Source: Candidatus Iainarchaeum sp.
GTDB lineage: Archaea; Iainarchaeota; Iainarchaeia; Iainarchaeales; JAXPJC01
Direction: 5' to 3'
Assembly: GCA_016187745.1 (NCBI GenBank)
Contig: JACPJC010000005.1
Span: forward strand, 32,001 to 96,000
Length of the DNA stretch: 64,000 bases
How positions within the stretch are numbered: the stretch's first letter is position 1; each line of letters opens with the position of its first letter. This document shows positions 55,156 to 64,000 of the stretch, in pieces. The translations under genes were made by a program, and so were the position numbers. Below the pieces are notes generated by a model that was given only the letters and a program-made list of their open reading frames with translations, was not told the origin of the DNA and did not search any database.

Positions 55156-55881
55156 ATGATCCCAATGGAAAAACAAATAAATAGCAGGGATGTCTTTGAG
55201 GCATTGGCAAAGGATTATATCAGGGAAGACACCCACTGGGGCTCTGATTTGGATTTGATAAAAGCAAGCCTTGACGAACTGATTAAAACAGAACCGAATC
55301 CAAGATGGCTTGATCTGGGATGCGGCGCAGGATTTCATATTGCAGCCATGGCTGAGCTATATCCTGAAGTTAGCATTGTCGGAGTTGACCACTCCCAACA
55401 GATGCTGAATGCCGCAAAATACAAAATTAAAAATCTGGGCCTTAAGAATATAGCCCTCAACAATTCCGATATTACTAAAAAATTTCAGGAAGGCAAATAT
55501 CACCTAATAACTTCCCTCAACAACGCCTTCGGCAACTTGTACGTAAGCGGCACTGACCAGAATGAAATAAGGGCAGGCATAGCCGGGAAAATAACAGATG
55601 CGTTGTGCAGCAAAGGATGCCTAATCCTGTCAGTATACAACATAGAAAAGTTCAATGAAAAATCACAGTATTGCAGCAATGTTACAGTGGTTGAAAATCT
55701 GAGCGATTTAGCAAAAGGGGATTTAATTGCAGAGTACCGCAACAAAGGCAAAAAAGTTCTTTATTACACCCACTGGTTCTCAGAAGGGGAACTCCGCGAA
55801 CTTGCAAAGGAAACAGGCCTTAAAATTGATTTCTTAGAAAGGAGAATGTCCAGGTTTCTGGTTAGATATAAAAAGGACTGA
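55156..55881 (+). CDS. Class I SAM-dependent methyltransferase
   Basis: WLDLGCGAG and GVDHSQQML. Confidence 0.9.
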   Translation: MIPMEKQINSRDVFEALAKDYIREDTHWGSDLDLIKASLDELIKTEPNPRWLDLGCGAGFHIAAMAELYPEVSIVGVDHSQQMLNAAKYKIKNLGLKNIALNNSDITKKFQEGKYHLITSLNNAFGNLYVSGTDQNEIRAGIAGKITDALCSKGCLILSVYNIEKFNEKSQYCSNVTVVENLSDLAKGDLIAEYRNKGKKVLYYTHWFSEGELRELAKETGLKIDFLERRMSRFLVRYKKD

Positions 55882-55886
55882 TGAAC

Positions 55887-57527
55887 CTAAATTTCGAATT
55901 CAAGCACAGCAACAGGCGCATCAATGAGGAAATTTTTCAGGACTTTCTCGCCCACTTCCCCGAGGATTCCGCATTTTCCCAATGCAACAATCTCCGCAGC
56001 CCTTCCCTCCGCAAAGCTTGGGTGCTTCATTGCGCGCGTTTCGTATTTTATTCCAAGGTTCTGCAAAAGCGCATTCAAATGCGACTTTATTTCAGTAAAA
56101 TTCGCGTTCTTGTGCGAAATTGCAATGCACACCTGCGTGCGCTCCTTAACTCCCGTTTCAGCGCTTGCATCAAGCGCAAGCGTCCTTCCAATCTCGAATA
56201 TTTTCTGCGGATAGGGGCAGTTCTTGTTTTTTGACAAAAATTCAAGCAGCTCAGGAACAACGCTCCTGCGCAATACGCTCCAGTTGGTTGAAACAGGGTT
56301 TGCGATTTCCACAAACTGCTGCTCTGGGAGTTCCATCATCCTCTGCTGCTTTTCCTTTGAGGTTAGGGTAAAGGTAAGGACTTCCTGCAGCCCAAGCCCG
56401 ACACAAACTTCCCTGCAGGCATTTTCAATCCTGTTGTTCTGCAGCTCATTCCCGATTGTTGCGATTTTCACTTCCGCAGGCGCAATTTTCTCATATCCGT
56501 ATGCAATAATAATGTCTTCAATCACGTCTATCGGATGCAGGATATCCTGGCGGTATGCGGGATACTCCGCAATAATTTTCTTTCCCTTTGCAGCCGCATC
56601 ATAGTGCGCATTTCTGAGGAGTTTTACAATATCTGCGGCGCCCAGCTCCAACCCGCTGATTTTCTGCACATCTGAAACATCAACTGAAATTTTTCCCGGA
56701 GTGAAATCCGGAGTTGTAATCCTGCTTTTCGGATAAACTATCTGCACGGATTCAATTTTTGCATTCCTCTCGGCAAGCGCGCTTGCAATTACATTCAGCG
56801 CGGTATTAACAGTTTCCTGCCTCATTCCCGTAACTTCCACAAACAAATTGCGGGTTTTTTCAGTTACTTTTCCCGTTGCCTGGGAATTTATTATGGGAGG
56901 CATTGATGCAACAACATCCGCGCTGTCAATCAGTATGGGATATTTCTTGCAGCCCTGGAGCAAATGCGCATATTCCTTCCCCTTCGGATGCTCCTTCAGG
57001 ATTTCGTCCAAATCCATCTCAACTCTGTATTCCAGGGGAACGAACTTCAATTCATGCGGGGCAAACGCCTTGTAATGGATTGGCGCCTTCATCGCATCAA
57101 AATCATACAAGCCGATTGCAGCCTCTTTGCGCTTTCTTCCAAATGTTAAGCAGACCTTCTCCTGCAGCTGCACCATCTGCTTGATGAAATTTCCATCCAC
57201 CTTTACATTCCTCGCAATTGCGGCAGCAATGCAGGGCCTTACCGCGGAAACGGAGGCATCAGCAATTACCTTCACTCCGCTTGATTTCACATCATATTTC
57301 GCAAGCCCTTTTTCCTTTCCCAGATGCCCCTTCAATTCCCTTGCAATTCCCTCCGCAGAGAGCAGATCCGGCCTGTTGGTTTCCTTCACATCAACAACAA
57401 TTTCATTCCCATCAACAGAATCGATTTCCCCCTTTACAAAAAGCAGCGCTTCCCTCACCCGCTCAAGGCTCAGCTTCTTCCCCACAAGCGCGCCCAAATC
57501 ATTCAGGTTAATTTCAACGTTTGGCAT
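55887..57527 (-). CDS. pheT: Phenylalanyl-tRNA synthetase beta subunit
   Basis: NRPDLLSAEG, SMPPIINS, YRQDILHPIDVIEDIIIAYGY. Confidence 0.96.
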   Translation of the reverse strand: MPNVEINLNDLGALVGKKLSLERVREALLFVKGEIDSVDGNEIVVDVKETNRPDLLSAEGIARELKGHLGKEKGLAKYDVKSSGVKVIADASVSAVRPCIAAAIARNVKVDGNFIKQMVQLQEKVCLTFGRKRKEAAIGLYDFDAMKAPIHYKAFAPHELKFVPLEYRVEMDLDEILKEHPKGKEYAHLLQGCKKYPILIDSADVVASMPPIINSQATGKVTEKTRNLFVEVTGMRQETVNTALNVIASALAERNAKIESVQIVYPKSRITTPDFTPGKISVDVSDVQKISGLELGAADIVKLLRNAHYDAAAKGKKIIAEYPAYRQDILHPIDVIEDIIIAYGYEKIAPAEVKIATIGNELQNNRIENACREVCVGLGLQEVLTFTLTSKEKQQRMMELPEQQFVEIANPVSTNWSVLRRSVVPELLEFLSKNKNCPYPQKIFEIGRTLALDASAETGVKERTQVCIAISHKNANFTEIKSHLNALLQNLGIKYETRAMKHPSFAEGRAAEIVALGKCGILGEVGEKVLKNFLIDAPVAVLEFEI

Positions 57528-58993
57528 TATTGCACCACCGCGCATTTCCTGAGCCAGCCCAAATCATCCGAGAACAGATAGCGCACGTCCTTTATGTTCA
57601 GTTTGAACATCGCAAGCCTGTCAATCCCTATCCCCCATGCAAGCGCAGGCTCCTTGATTCCAAGGGGCAGCATCATTTCCGGCCTGAAAATTCCCGCGCC
57701 CGCAAATTCAATCCATCCCAATTCAGGATGCTTTGCGCTCAATTGAACTGAAGGCTCCGTGAATGGATAATAATCAGGAAGGAATTTCACTTCCTCCGCG
57801 CCCGCAATTTCCACTGCGAACTGCTTCAGCATCCCCAGAAGATGCCTGAAATTGAATGATTTATCAACAACAAACCCCTCTAATTGGTTGAATTCAATTA
57901 AGTGTGTAGCGTCAACAACATCAGGCCTGTAGCAGCGCGCAATTGCGAAATATTTTCCCGGAATTTCAATACCTTTTACCAATTGCCTTGCGCTGTGCGC
58001 GGTTCCGTGCGCTGAAGGCATGAGCCTTTTTGCAATTTCCTCATTCCATTTGTACTGCCATCCACTGCTTCCCGTATTTCCTCCGTTCTCATGCGCTGCC
58101 TTTACCCCTGAAACAATTCTCGCATCCGGAAGCTTCCCGAATTTCGGCTGTTTTAACTGATAAGTATCAGACCAAGAACGCGCAGGATGCCCCTGCGGCT
58201 GGAAAAGAGCATCAAAATTATAGAACTCCTGCGTTATCAATGGCGCAGGCATTTCCTTGAATCCCAGCGCAACTAACTTATTGCGGATATTCCCCAAAAA
58301 CTGCACATAGGGCTGTTTCTTTCCCAGAAGAATTTCAGGAACCCCAGCATCAACAACATATTTTCTCTCAGTGAACTTTTCAGCAAACGCAAGCGCCTCA
58401 AGCCCAAGCTCATTTATCCTCGCGCTCCTCTCAATTATCTGCTTCCTTTCCACAAACCCGCGCCTGATAAGCTCATTCAGGCCTTCATTTTCAGCTTCGC
58501 TTAATTTCTCATTCTCCCCAATTTTTCCAAGCGCAATTTCGCTTGCATATTTCCCCTGCAATAAATCCTTCTCAAGCCCAGTAAGTTCCAGAACAAGCTC
58601 ATTCCCCTCCTTGTGCAGCGAAACCCAGGCATTGCGCTTTGCAATTCCCAGCACAAAATCGCTTTCCTTTCCCAGATTCGCATTTTTCTGGATCTCAATC
58701 AGCCTTTCCTTTCCCCCGGCCTTATGTATTGCCTCAATTGCCCTTTTCTCCGGCAGGCCCTTCTGCAGCGCCTCCTTCCCCGAAGTAGTCAATGAAATGT
58801 GCATTTTTGCGCTTTCAATCAAATCAACAAGCGCCTTCTCCTTCAGCCACATTATTGCCCTGCGCGCGGAATCTATGTTCATGCCTGCGGAATTTGCAAT
58901 CTGCCCAGCATTTTTTAGCCGCCCGTCCCTAAGCGCAATTAGGGAATTTCTTTCAATCTCGCTCAGCGCCTGAGCGGTTTCCTCGATTTTCAT
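57527..58993 (-). CDS. pheS: Phenylalanyl-tRNA synthetase alpha subunit
   Basis: NFDALFQPQGHPAR, THLIEFNQLEG, YYPFTEPS, GAGIFRPE. Confidence 0.97.
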   Translation of the reverse strand: MKIEETAQALSEIERNSLIALRDGRLKNAGQIANSAGMNIDSARRAIMWLKEKALVDLIESAKMHISLTTSGKEALQKGLPEKRAIEAIHKAGGKERLIEIQKNANLGKESDFVLGIAKRNAWVSLHKEGNELVLELTGLEKDLLQGKYASEIALGKIGENEKLSEAENEGLNELIRRGFVERKQIIERSARINELGLEALAFAEKFTERKYVVDAGVPEILLGKKQPYVQFLGNIRNKLVALGFKEMPAPLITQEFYNFDALFQPQGHPARSWSDTYQLKQPKFGKLPDARIVSGVKAAHENGGNTGSSGWQYKWNEEIAKRLMPSAHGTAHSARQLVKGIEIPGKYFAIARCYRPDVVDATHLIEFNQLEGFVVDKSFNFRHLLGMLKQFAVEIAGAEEVKFLPDYYPFTEPSVQLSAKHPELGWIEFAGAGIFRPEMMLPLGIKEPALAWGIGIDRLAMFKLNIKDVRYLFSDDLGWLRKCAVVQ

Positions 58994-59053
58994 GGCAATT
59001 CCTTTATATTGTATAATGATGCATTTAATTATATTTATACTTTAGTGATTATT

Positions 59054-59545
59054 ATGCTATATCTCCTTGATGCCGGCGCGATTCTGAACGCCCCGGGCTT
59101 CCGCTTCTCAAGGGAGCACAAATACCTCACAACGGATTCAATCGTTGGGGAAATGCGCGATTTGGTAAGCAGGAACTTCATTCAGGCCGCAATAGGGCAG
59201 AAAAGCCTTAGCATAAGGAATCCTGAAGCCGCGGCCCTCAGGGAAATTTCCCTGCGCTCAAAACAGCTGGGCCTGAGGCTTTCGGATGCGGACAAGTCAA
59301 TACTTGCGCTCGCGCTCGAGCTTCGCTCAAGAAAGCGCTCCTTTACCCTAATTACTGATGACAGGTCTGTGCAGAATCTCGCAAGCGCGCTGAAATTCCG
59401 CTTTATTGATGTACTGCACGGAAGGATTTCTGAAACGCTCAAATTCAGCAAAAACTGCCCGGTGTGCGGTAAGGAGTACAGCAGTTATGTAGAAGAATGC
59501 GAGGATTGCGGGGCAAGGCTTATCCGCGGCAGAAAAAGGCTCTAA
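59054..59545 (+). CDS. nob1: Nob1 PIN/Zn-ribbon pre-rRNA endonuclease
   Basis: LLDAGAIL, LSDADKSILALA, TDDRSVQN, CPVC...CEDC. Confidence 0.9.
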   Translation: MLYLLDAGAILNAPGFRFSREHKYLTTDSIVGEMRDLVSRNFIQAAIGQKSLSIRNPEAAALREISLRSKQLGLRLSDADKSILALALELRSRKRSFTLITDDRSVQNLASALKFRFIDVLHGRISETLKFSKNCPVCGKEYSSYVEECEDCGARLIRGRKRL

Positions 59546-59546
59546 A

Positions 59547-59566
59547 ATTAACTAATTTTAGTTAAT
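59547..59566. promoter_or_regulatory. Palindrome upstream of the promoter of two small membrane genes
   Basis: attaactaa-tt-ttagttaat about 10 nt before cttataaa. Confidence 0.45.
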
Positions 59567-59681
59567 AAGTTATGCTTATAAAGCCCAAAAGCCATAATAT
59601 TATAGTAGTATAGCGGGCGCTGCGCCCCCTTTGGAAACAGCAAAATGGAATATTTCTTTGAAATAGGTGAAGTGAGCAAAA

Positions 59682-60047
59682 ATGGCAATGTTGTTTGATG
59701 CAATCGCGGCGACTCTTACCCTGAACCTCAGCTGGTGGGTCTGGATTATAATGAACAATTTGTTTTGGGTATTCGGCGTTATGGCCGCCGCCTACTTTTT
59801 CTATGGCAGAAAAAAGATGCTCTCGGGCTTCATTATAGCTGTATTTCTCTTATGGAGCGCGCTGGATTTCAGCGCATTTTCAGGATGGGTTATTCTTTCA
59901 GGAACGTTCCTTGCGCTGCTTTACCTCTCAAGGCTTGCGCTTGTGGGCTTTGTTGAAAATGTGCCGAGCATGCAGAAAAAGCTACCATTCATAATCAGCC
60001 TGCAATTTATCGTGATACTGGTGATTTACAACATATTCCTGCGCTAG
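59682..60047 (+). CDS. Hypothetical membrane protein
   Basis: Hydrophobic 121 aa ORF; aggtga upstream. Confidence 0.7.
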   Translation: MAMLFDAIAATLTLNLSWWVWIIMNNLFWVFGVMAAAYFFYGRKKMLSGFIIAVFLLWSALDFSAFSGWVILSGTFLALLYLSRLALVGFVENVPSMQKKLPFIISLQFIVILVIYNIFLR

Positions 60048-60050
60048 TGA

Positions 60051-60233
60051 TTGAAAATGATAATGAAATCAATATTCAAGTCGTTCGTAATAATCTTGGC
60101 CTTTTACCTGGCCTTCATACTCATAGGAACAGGCAATATTACGTTCTTCAGCGGCAGTTTTTTCACGGATTTGGGGATGTTCGCATTTTTCATGTACATA
60201 CTCTGCAATGTAATGCTGTATTATTTTGTCTGA
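60051..60233 (+). CDS. Small two-TM hypothetical protein
   Basis: Hydrophobic 60 aa ORF immediately after the previous gene. Confidence 0.55.
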   Translation: MKMIMKSIFKSFVIILAFYLAFILIGTGNITFFSGSFFTDLGMFAFFMYILCNVMLYYFV

Positions 60234-60238
60234 ATTCA

Positions 60239-61027
60239 TTACTCCAGCTCAACTTCCTCTTCCGGCGCCTTCGCCTCAATTGAGGAGTGCGCAACAACAT
60301 AATTCTCTATTCTCTGCGCTATTGGCCTGCGCTTCCATATTGCAATGGCAATCAGGATTGCAACTATCGCAACAAAAACAATATTCAGCTCTGATGCCAT
60401 GAACTGCCTTATCAGCTGCGCGAAGTCCACGGGCGGCGCAATCGGCTTCTCAAGCGCGTATTGCAGGTTCACGTAAGTTGTGGAAATGCCGCTCAGCACA
60501 ATCGCGTCCTCAATCCTCTTCGCGTGGCTTGTGAGCTTTGCCTCATCAATTCTCGCTCCAACGGGCAGGACAATCTTAATTTCAACATTTTTAGGAATTA
60601 TTATTATTCCGCCATTCGCAAAATTGCTGAATTTGCTGTCCAGAAGGCGCCAGTCCGCGGTTCTTGCGCTTTCGCTTTCCAGCTTTGCAAATTTGTCATC
60701 TATCGCATAATTGAGTATTACCGCCCTCTCCCTGTCATCAAAGGTTATGTAGGCGGAAATTCTTGTAGTGCTTGCAAAATGCGGGAACAGCCACGGATAA
60801 TCGCTTTTCCACGCATCAAGGCTCGGCCCGTTCTCTGCAACATTCTTGAGGAAAGCGCTGAGGCTGTTCTTGTCCGGGAAATCAAGGGAATAAATTTCAG
60901 TAACTTTCGCATATCCGCTTTTGTCAATGTCAATTTCAATAAGGTGCCTTGTAAGGTTCTGCGCACTTGCGTAGCTGAGCAGAAGGATTGCAAGCGCTGC
61001 CGCCATTGCAAAAGCGATTTTCCTCAT
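60239..61027 (-). CDS. Secreted protein with a C-terminal TM anchor
   Basis: Signal peptide MRKIAFAMAAALAILLLSYASA; TM followed by WKRR. Confidence 0.75.
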   Translation of the reverse strand: MRKIAFAMAAALAILLLSYASAQNLTRHLIEIDIDKSGYAKVTEIYSLDFPDKNSLSAFLKNVAENGPSLDAWKSDYPWLFPHFASTTRISAYITFDDRERAVILNYAIDDKFAKLESESARTADWRLLDSKFSNFANGGIIIIPKNVEIKIVLPVGARIDEAKLTSHAKRIEDAIVLSGISTTYVNLQYALEKPIAPPVDFAQLIRQFMASELNIVFVAIVAILIAIAIWKRRPIAQRIENYVVAHSSIEAKAPEEEVELE

Positions 61028-61085
61028 TTTCCCAGAGCCCCGGATATATTACTACTTCCAAACTCCCTTATATTTCTTATTGTAT

Positions 61086-61159
61086 TAAAGAGTGCTGAAC
61101 ATATAAAAGCTTAATTATGGCTTATATATGCATCAAACTAAAGTGTTCAACACTCTTTA
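61086..61159. repeat. 16 bp inverted repeat flanking a 42 bp AT-rich spacer
   Basis: taaagagtgctgaaca (61086-61101) and tgttcaacactcttta (61144-61159), 15/16 match. Confidence 0.8.
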
Positions 61160-61210
61160 TTAATCAAGAACTTATTTAAACTGCATTGCAGTGTATTATA
61201 TCGTAGGCTT

Positions 61211-61903
61211 ATGGTGAAGGCAAGGTTTCTTGGGCATTCCTCATTTTTGATTTCGCTTGCAGGCACAGGCGTCCTTATAGACCCTTATTTCTCGCACGAG
61301 GGCAGCGAGGACCTGAAGCGCATTGTTCCCTCATCCGCCCCGGAAAATGAATTCAGGGACGTTTCCCTTATTTTAATCACCCATGAGCATTTCGACCACT
61401 TTGACAAGAGTGCGATTGAGAAAATCGCATTAAAGAACAATTCAACAGTGATGGCGCACGAGGAAATGCTCAACCAGCTGAAAATCCAAAATTCGCAGAA
61501 GCAGACAATAAAAATGAACGACACCTACCTCCTGCGCAACATAAAGATTGATGTAATGCCCGCGCACCACCCCCAGTCCTTTTACCCTGTTGGCTACATA
61601 CTTTCGCACGAGGGCAAGAGCATCTATCACATGGGGGACACCGAACTCATGGAGGAATTCACTGACCCGAAGCTGAATTCAATAACCCTTATGCTCCTGC
61701 CGATAGGGGGCACATACACGATGGACGTTACTGATGCCGTAAAGACAGTAAAGAGCATGAAGCCGGATTATGCAATCCCAATGCATTTCAACACATTTGG
61801 CGCGATCAGGGCAGACCCGAACGAATTCAAGGAGCGCATTGAAAAGAGCATAATAAAAACAAAGGCAATCATCCTGAAGCCCGGGCAGGAATTTGAGTTC
61901 TAA
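61211..61903 (+). CDS. Metallo-beta-lactamase fold hydrolase (UPF0173-like)
   Basis: LGHSSF, IDPY, THEHFDH, YHMGDT, PIGGTYTM, IPMHFNTF. Confidence 0.92.
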   Translation: MVKARFLGHSSFLISLAGTGVLIDPYFSHEGSEDLKRIVPSSAPENEFRDVSLILITHEHFDHFDKSAIEKIALKNNSTVMAHEEMLNQLKIQNSQKQTIKMNDTYLLRNIKIDVMPAHHPQSFYPVGYILSHEGKSIYHMGDTELMEEFTDPKLNSITLMLLPIGGTYTMDVTDAVKTVKSMKPDYAIPMHFNTFGAIRADPNEFKERIEKSIIKTKAIILKPGQEFEF

Positions 61904-61912
61904 TAACATAAT

Positions 61913-62056
61913 CTATTTTTTATAAAATCTATTGCCTTCAATTTCTTTTCTAAATTCCTTAATGCATGTGTTTCTGTAGCCGTACTTCTTAAAATGTTCC
62001 TTCTCTATTTTAAGGATTTTTTTAATATAGCTTTCCTTCACTTCAAGTTCTGGCAT
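61913..62056 (-). CDS. Small hypothetical protein, possible antitoxin fragment
   Basis: MPELEVKESYIKKILKIEKEH...IKEFRKEIE resembles the C-terminus of DUF2683-like antitoxins. Confidence 0.35.
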   Translation of the reverse strand: MPELEVKESYIKKILKIEKEHFKKYGYRNTCIKEFRKEIEGNRFYKK

Positions 62057-62768
62057 TTTCAAACATCCTGTTCGCTTCCTCAAGGTCCTTCGCATTTGAA
62101 ATGTCAATCCTGAATCCATTGTAAAGCAGGCACGCAATTTTTGCGCCTTCGCCCAGCATCAATTCCAATGAATCAGTAATCTCATACTCGTTCCTTATCG
62201 GGTTTATCGGGGTTCTTTCAATTGCGTCAAATATTTTTTCTGAAAAGCGGTAAATCCCGCAGTTTGCAATGTCGGTTTTCGTTTCCCCGGGCTTGGGCTT
62301 TTCAATTATATTTTTTACCAGCCCTCCCTCAATTTCCAGCGCGCCAAACCTGCTTATGTCCTTAACCTTCCTTCCCACCATTACCGCATCATAGCCATTT
62401 TTCCCGGCAAGCTCTTTTATCAGAGAACTTTCAAACAGCAAATCCCCGTTTACGGAAATGAAATCCCCCCGCATGAACTGCCTTGCCAGCCCTGTGGCAT
62501 GCGCCGTTCCTAATTGCGTCTCCTGGGCTGCATAATCTATTTTCAGCCCCTTGAATTCATCCCCGAAATATTCCATTATCCGCCCCTTTTTATAGCCAAC
62601 AACAATCACAGTCTCATCAATTCCTGAACCCCCCAGCATGTCCAGAATCCTTTCAAGCATGGGCTTTCCCGCAATCTCAACCATAGCCTTCGGAATTTCT
62701 TCAGTAACGGGCAGCATCCTTACGCCCTTCCCTGCGGCAAGAACCAGCGCTTTCAATTTTTCATTCAT
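62043..62768 (-). CDS. Sugar-phosphate nucleotidyltransferase (RmlA/GlmU N-terminal-like)
   Basis: LAAGKGVRMLPVT..IPKAM, QLGTAHA, NGD, IEKP, EYEITD. Confidence 0.92.
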   Translation of the reverse strand: MNEKLKALVLAAGKGVRMLPVTEEIPKAMVEIAGKPMLERILDMLGGSGIDETVIVVGYKKGRIMEYFGDEFKGLKIDYAAQETQLGTAHATGLARQFMRGDFISVNGDLLFESSLIKELAGKNGYDAVMVGRKVKDISRFGALEIEGGLVKNIIEKPKPGETKTDIANCGIYRFSEKIFDAIERTPINPIRNEYEITDSLELMLGEGAKIACLLYNGFRIDISNAKDLEEANRMFENART

Positions 62769-63679
62769 AATTCCACGGCATCCAAATCATTCGGGGCAAT
62801 GGAATTTGCAAAAACCATCCTCGCCTCATTCTCGCTCTGCTTCACATCCTTGTGCCGGGGGCTTATGTGTATGAGGTAAAGCGCCTTCACGTGCGCCCTT
62901 TCCGCAATTTCCCCGGCCTGCCTTGCTGTGCAGTGGAAGGTTTCCTTCGCCCTTTCCCTCATTTTCTCAAGGAACGCGGACTCATGTATTAGGACATCGG
63001 CATCCCTGATTGCGGGAACATACTGCGCGCCCGGAAGCGTATCAGTAATATAGCAGATTTTCCTGCCCTTCCTCGCCTTAGTGTAATCCATCACCTGCGC
63101 GGGGGATATTTTTTTATTTCCGATGGAAATTGTCTCCCCGTTCTGCAGCTTCCCGAAGAGGGGCCCTTCCGGAATGCCAAGCTCCAGCGCCTTCTTCTTG
63201 TTGAATTCCCCGGCTTTTCCAGTCTCCTCGAACACAAAGCCATAGCACGGGACATCATGCTTTAATTTTACGGCCTTCACGCTGAAATCCTTCCCCTGGA
63301 GGAGCGTTCCCTCGCGCATAATTTCCTTAGTGCGGACTTCAAAATTGCACTGCATAAGCGCGAGCTTCAGCGCGGTCTTGACCCTTTCGGAAATTCCCTT
63401 CGGCCCGTAAATATTCAGGGGATAATCGCGCCTGTGCATGCTCATCGTAGCTATCAGCCCCGGAAGCCCAAGCAAATGGTCCGCATGCAGGTGCGAAATG
63501 AAAATGTGCTCAATGCGCATATAGGAAATCCCCGAGCGCATCATCTGCCTCTGCGTTCCCTCCGGGCAGTCAAAAAGCAATGTGTTCCCCTCAAATTTCA
63601 GCGCAACGCTGCTCAGGTTGCGCTCCTTTGTGGGCGCGCTGCATGATGTTCCCAAAAACACTATCTGCATATTCGCCAT
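62765..63679 (-). CDS. rnz: Ribonuclease Z
   Basis: FLGTS, FDCPEGTQRQ, SHLHADH, GP exosite, IHES, HISPR. Confidence 0.96.
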   Translation of the reverse strand: MANMQIVFLGTSCSAPTKERNLSSVALKFEGNTLLFDCPEGTQRQMMRSGISYMRIEHIFISHLHADHLLGLPGLIATMSMHRRDYPLNIYGPKGISERVKTALKLALMQCNFEVRTKEIMREGTLLQGKDFSVKAVKLKHDVPCYGFVFEETGKAGEFNKKKALELGIPEGPLFGKLQNGETISIGNKKISPAQVMDYTKARKGRKICYITDTLPGAQYVPAIRDADVLIHESAFLEKMRERAKETFHCTARQAGEIAERAHVKALYLIHISPRHKDVKQSENEARMVFANSIAPNDLDAVEL

Positions 63680-63738
63680 ATTTTCCCCAAATAATTGAAT
63701 TGTGAACCTTTTTAATTATTAATCAATATAATACATTT

Positions 63739-64000
63739 ATGAAAAAGGCCCCGAAAAAAGAAAAAAAAGGGAAAATTGCGCATGCAAAGGCGCGCAGGCA
63801 GATTCCAATTTCCGAAATTCCAGGCGATTGGAATTCCACTTCTGAAATTGCGGTTCCCGAAAGGATCATTGACCAGGTTATTGGGCAGGACAATTGCGTT
63901 GAGCTGATTAAAAAGGCTGCGATGCAGAAGCGCAACGTCCTTCTTGTGGGGCTGCCCGGAACCGGAAAGTCAATGCTCGCGCAGGCAATGGCCGAAATCC
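63739..64000 (+). CDS. lonB: Archaeal Lon protease (LonB), partial, runs off the window
   Basis: [19 protein letters not shown]...[28 protein letters not shown]. Confidence 0.92.
   Translation, partial: MKKAPKKEKKGKIAHAKARRQIPISEIPGDWNSTSEIAVPERIIDQVIGQDNCVELIKKAAMQKRNVLLVGLPGTGKSMLAQAMAEI

Noticed and set aside
1-64000. CRISPR array or cas genes
   Set aside because: No regularly spaced 25-40 bp repeats and no cas motifs were seen

Overview
Gene-dense archaeal chromosome segment. The gene content (Rpo6, eS17, EF-1beta, archaeal CCA-adding enzyme, Taw3, Elp3, pelota, ABCE1, archaeal ThrRS, NreA, RFC-S/L, TopA, Cdc48, Orc1/Cdc6, PheST, Nob1, RNase Z, LonB) and compact layout suggest a DPANN lineage, possibly Iainarchaeota/Diapherotrites; this is inference. 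One tRNA-Arg(UCG) is present. I saw no rRNA, CRISPR array or intact transposase/integrase. The best candidate for a new system is at 49.2-52.1 kb: two tandem unannotated ~37-39 aa ORFs sharing an N-x-W-L-x5-E-R motif, directly upstream of a B12-dependent radical SAM gene and divergent from a double-Lrp regulator (putative archaeal RiPP locus). Other notable items: several intact but catalytically eroded enzymes (PolB-like, NrdD-like, HD-like), a convergent PIN/RHH module bracketed by a duplicated promoter, a six-gene pilin-like cluster with a membrane-tethered ArsR regulator, an ArcE-like arginine synthetase homologue, a ~90 bp IS200/IS605-like palindromic element, a candidate structured ncRNA, a frameshifted GNAT gene and a dispersed ~70 bp intergenic repeat. 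All assignments come from reading motifs by eye; no database searches were run.
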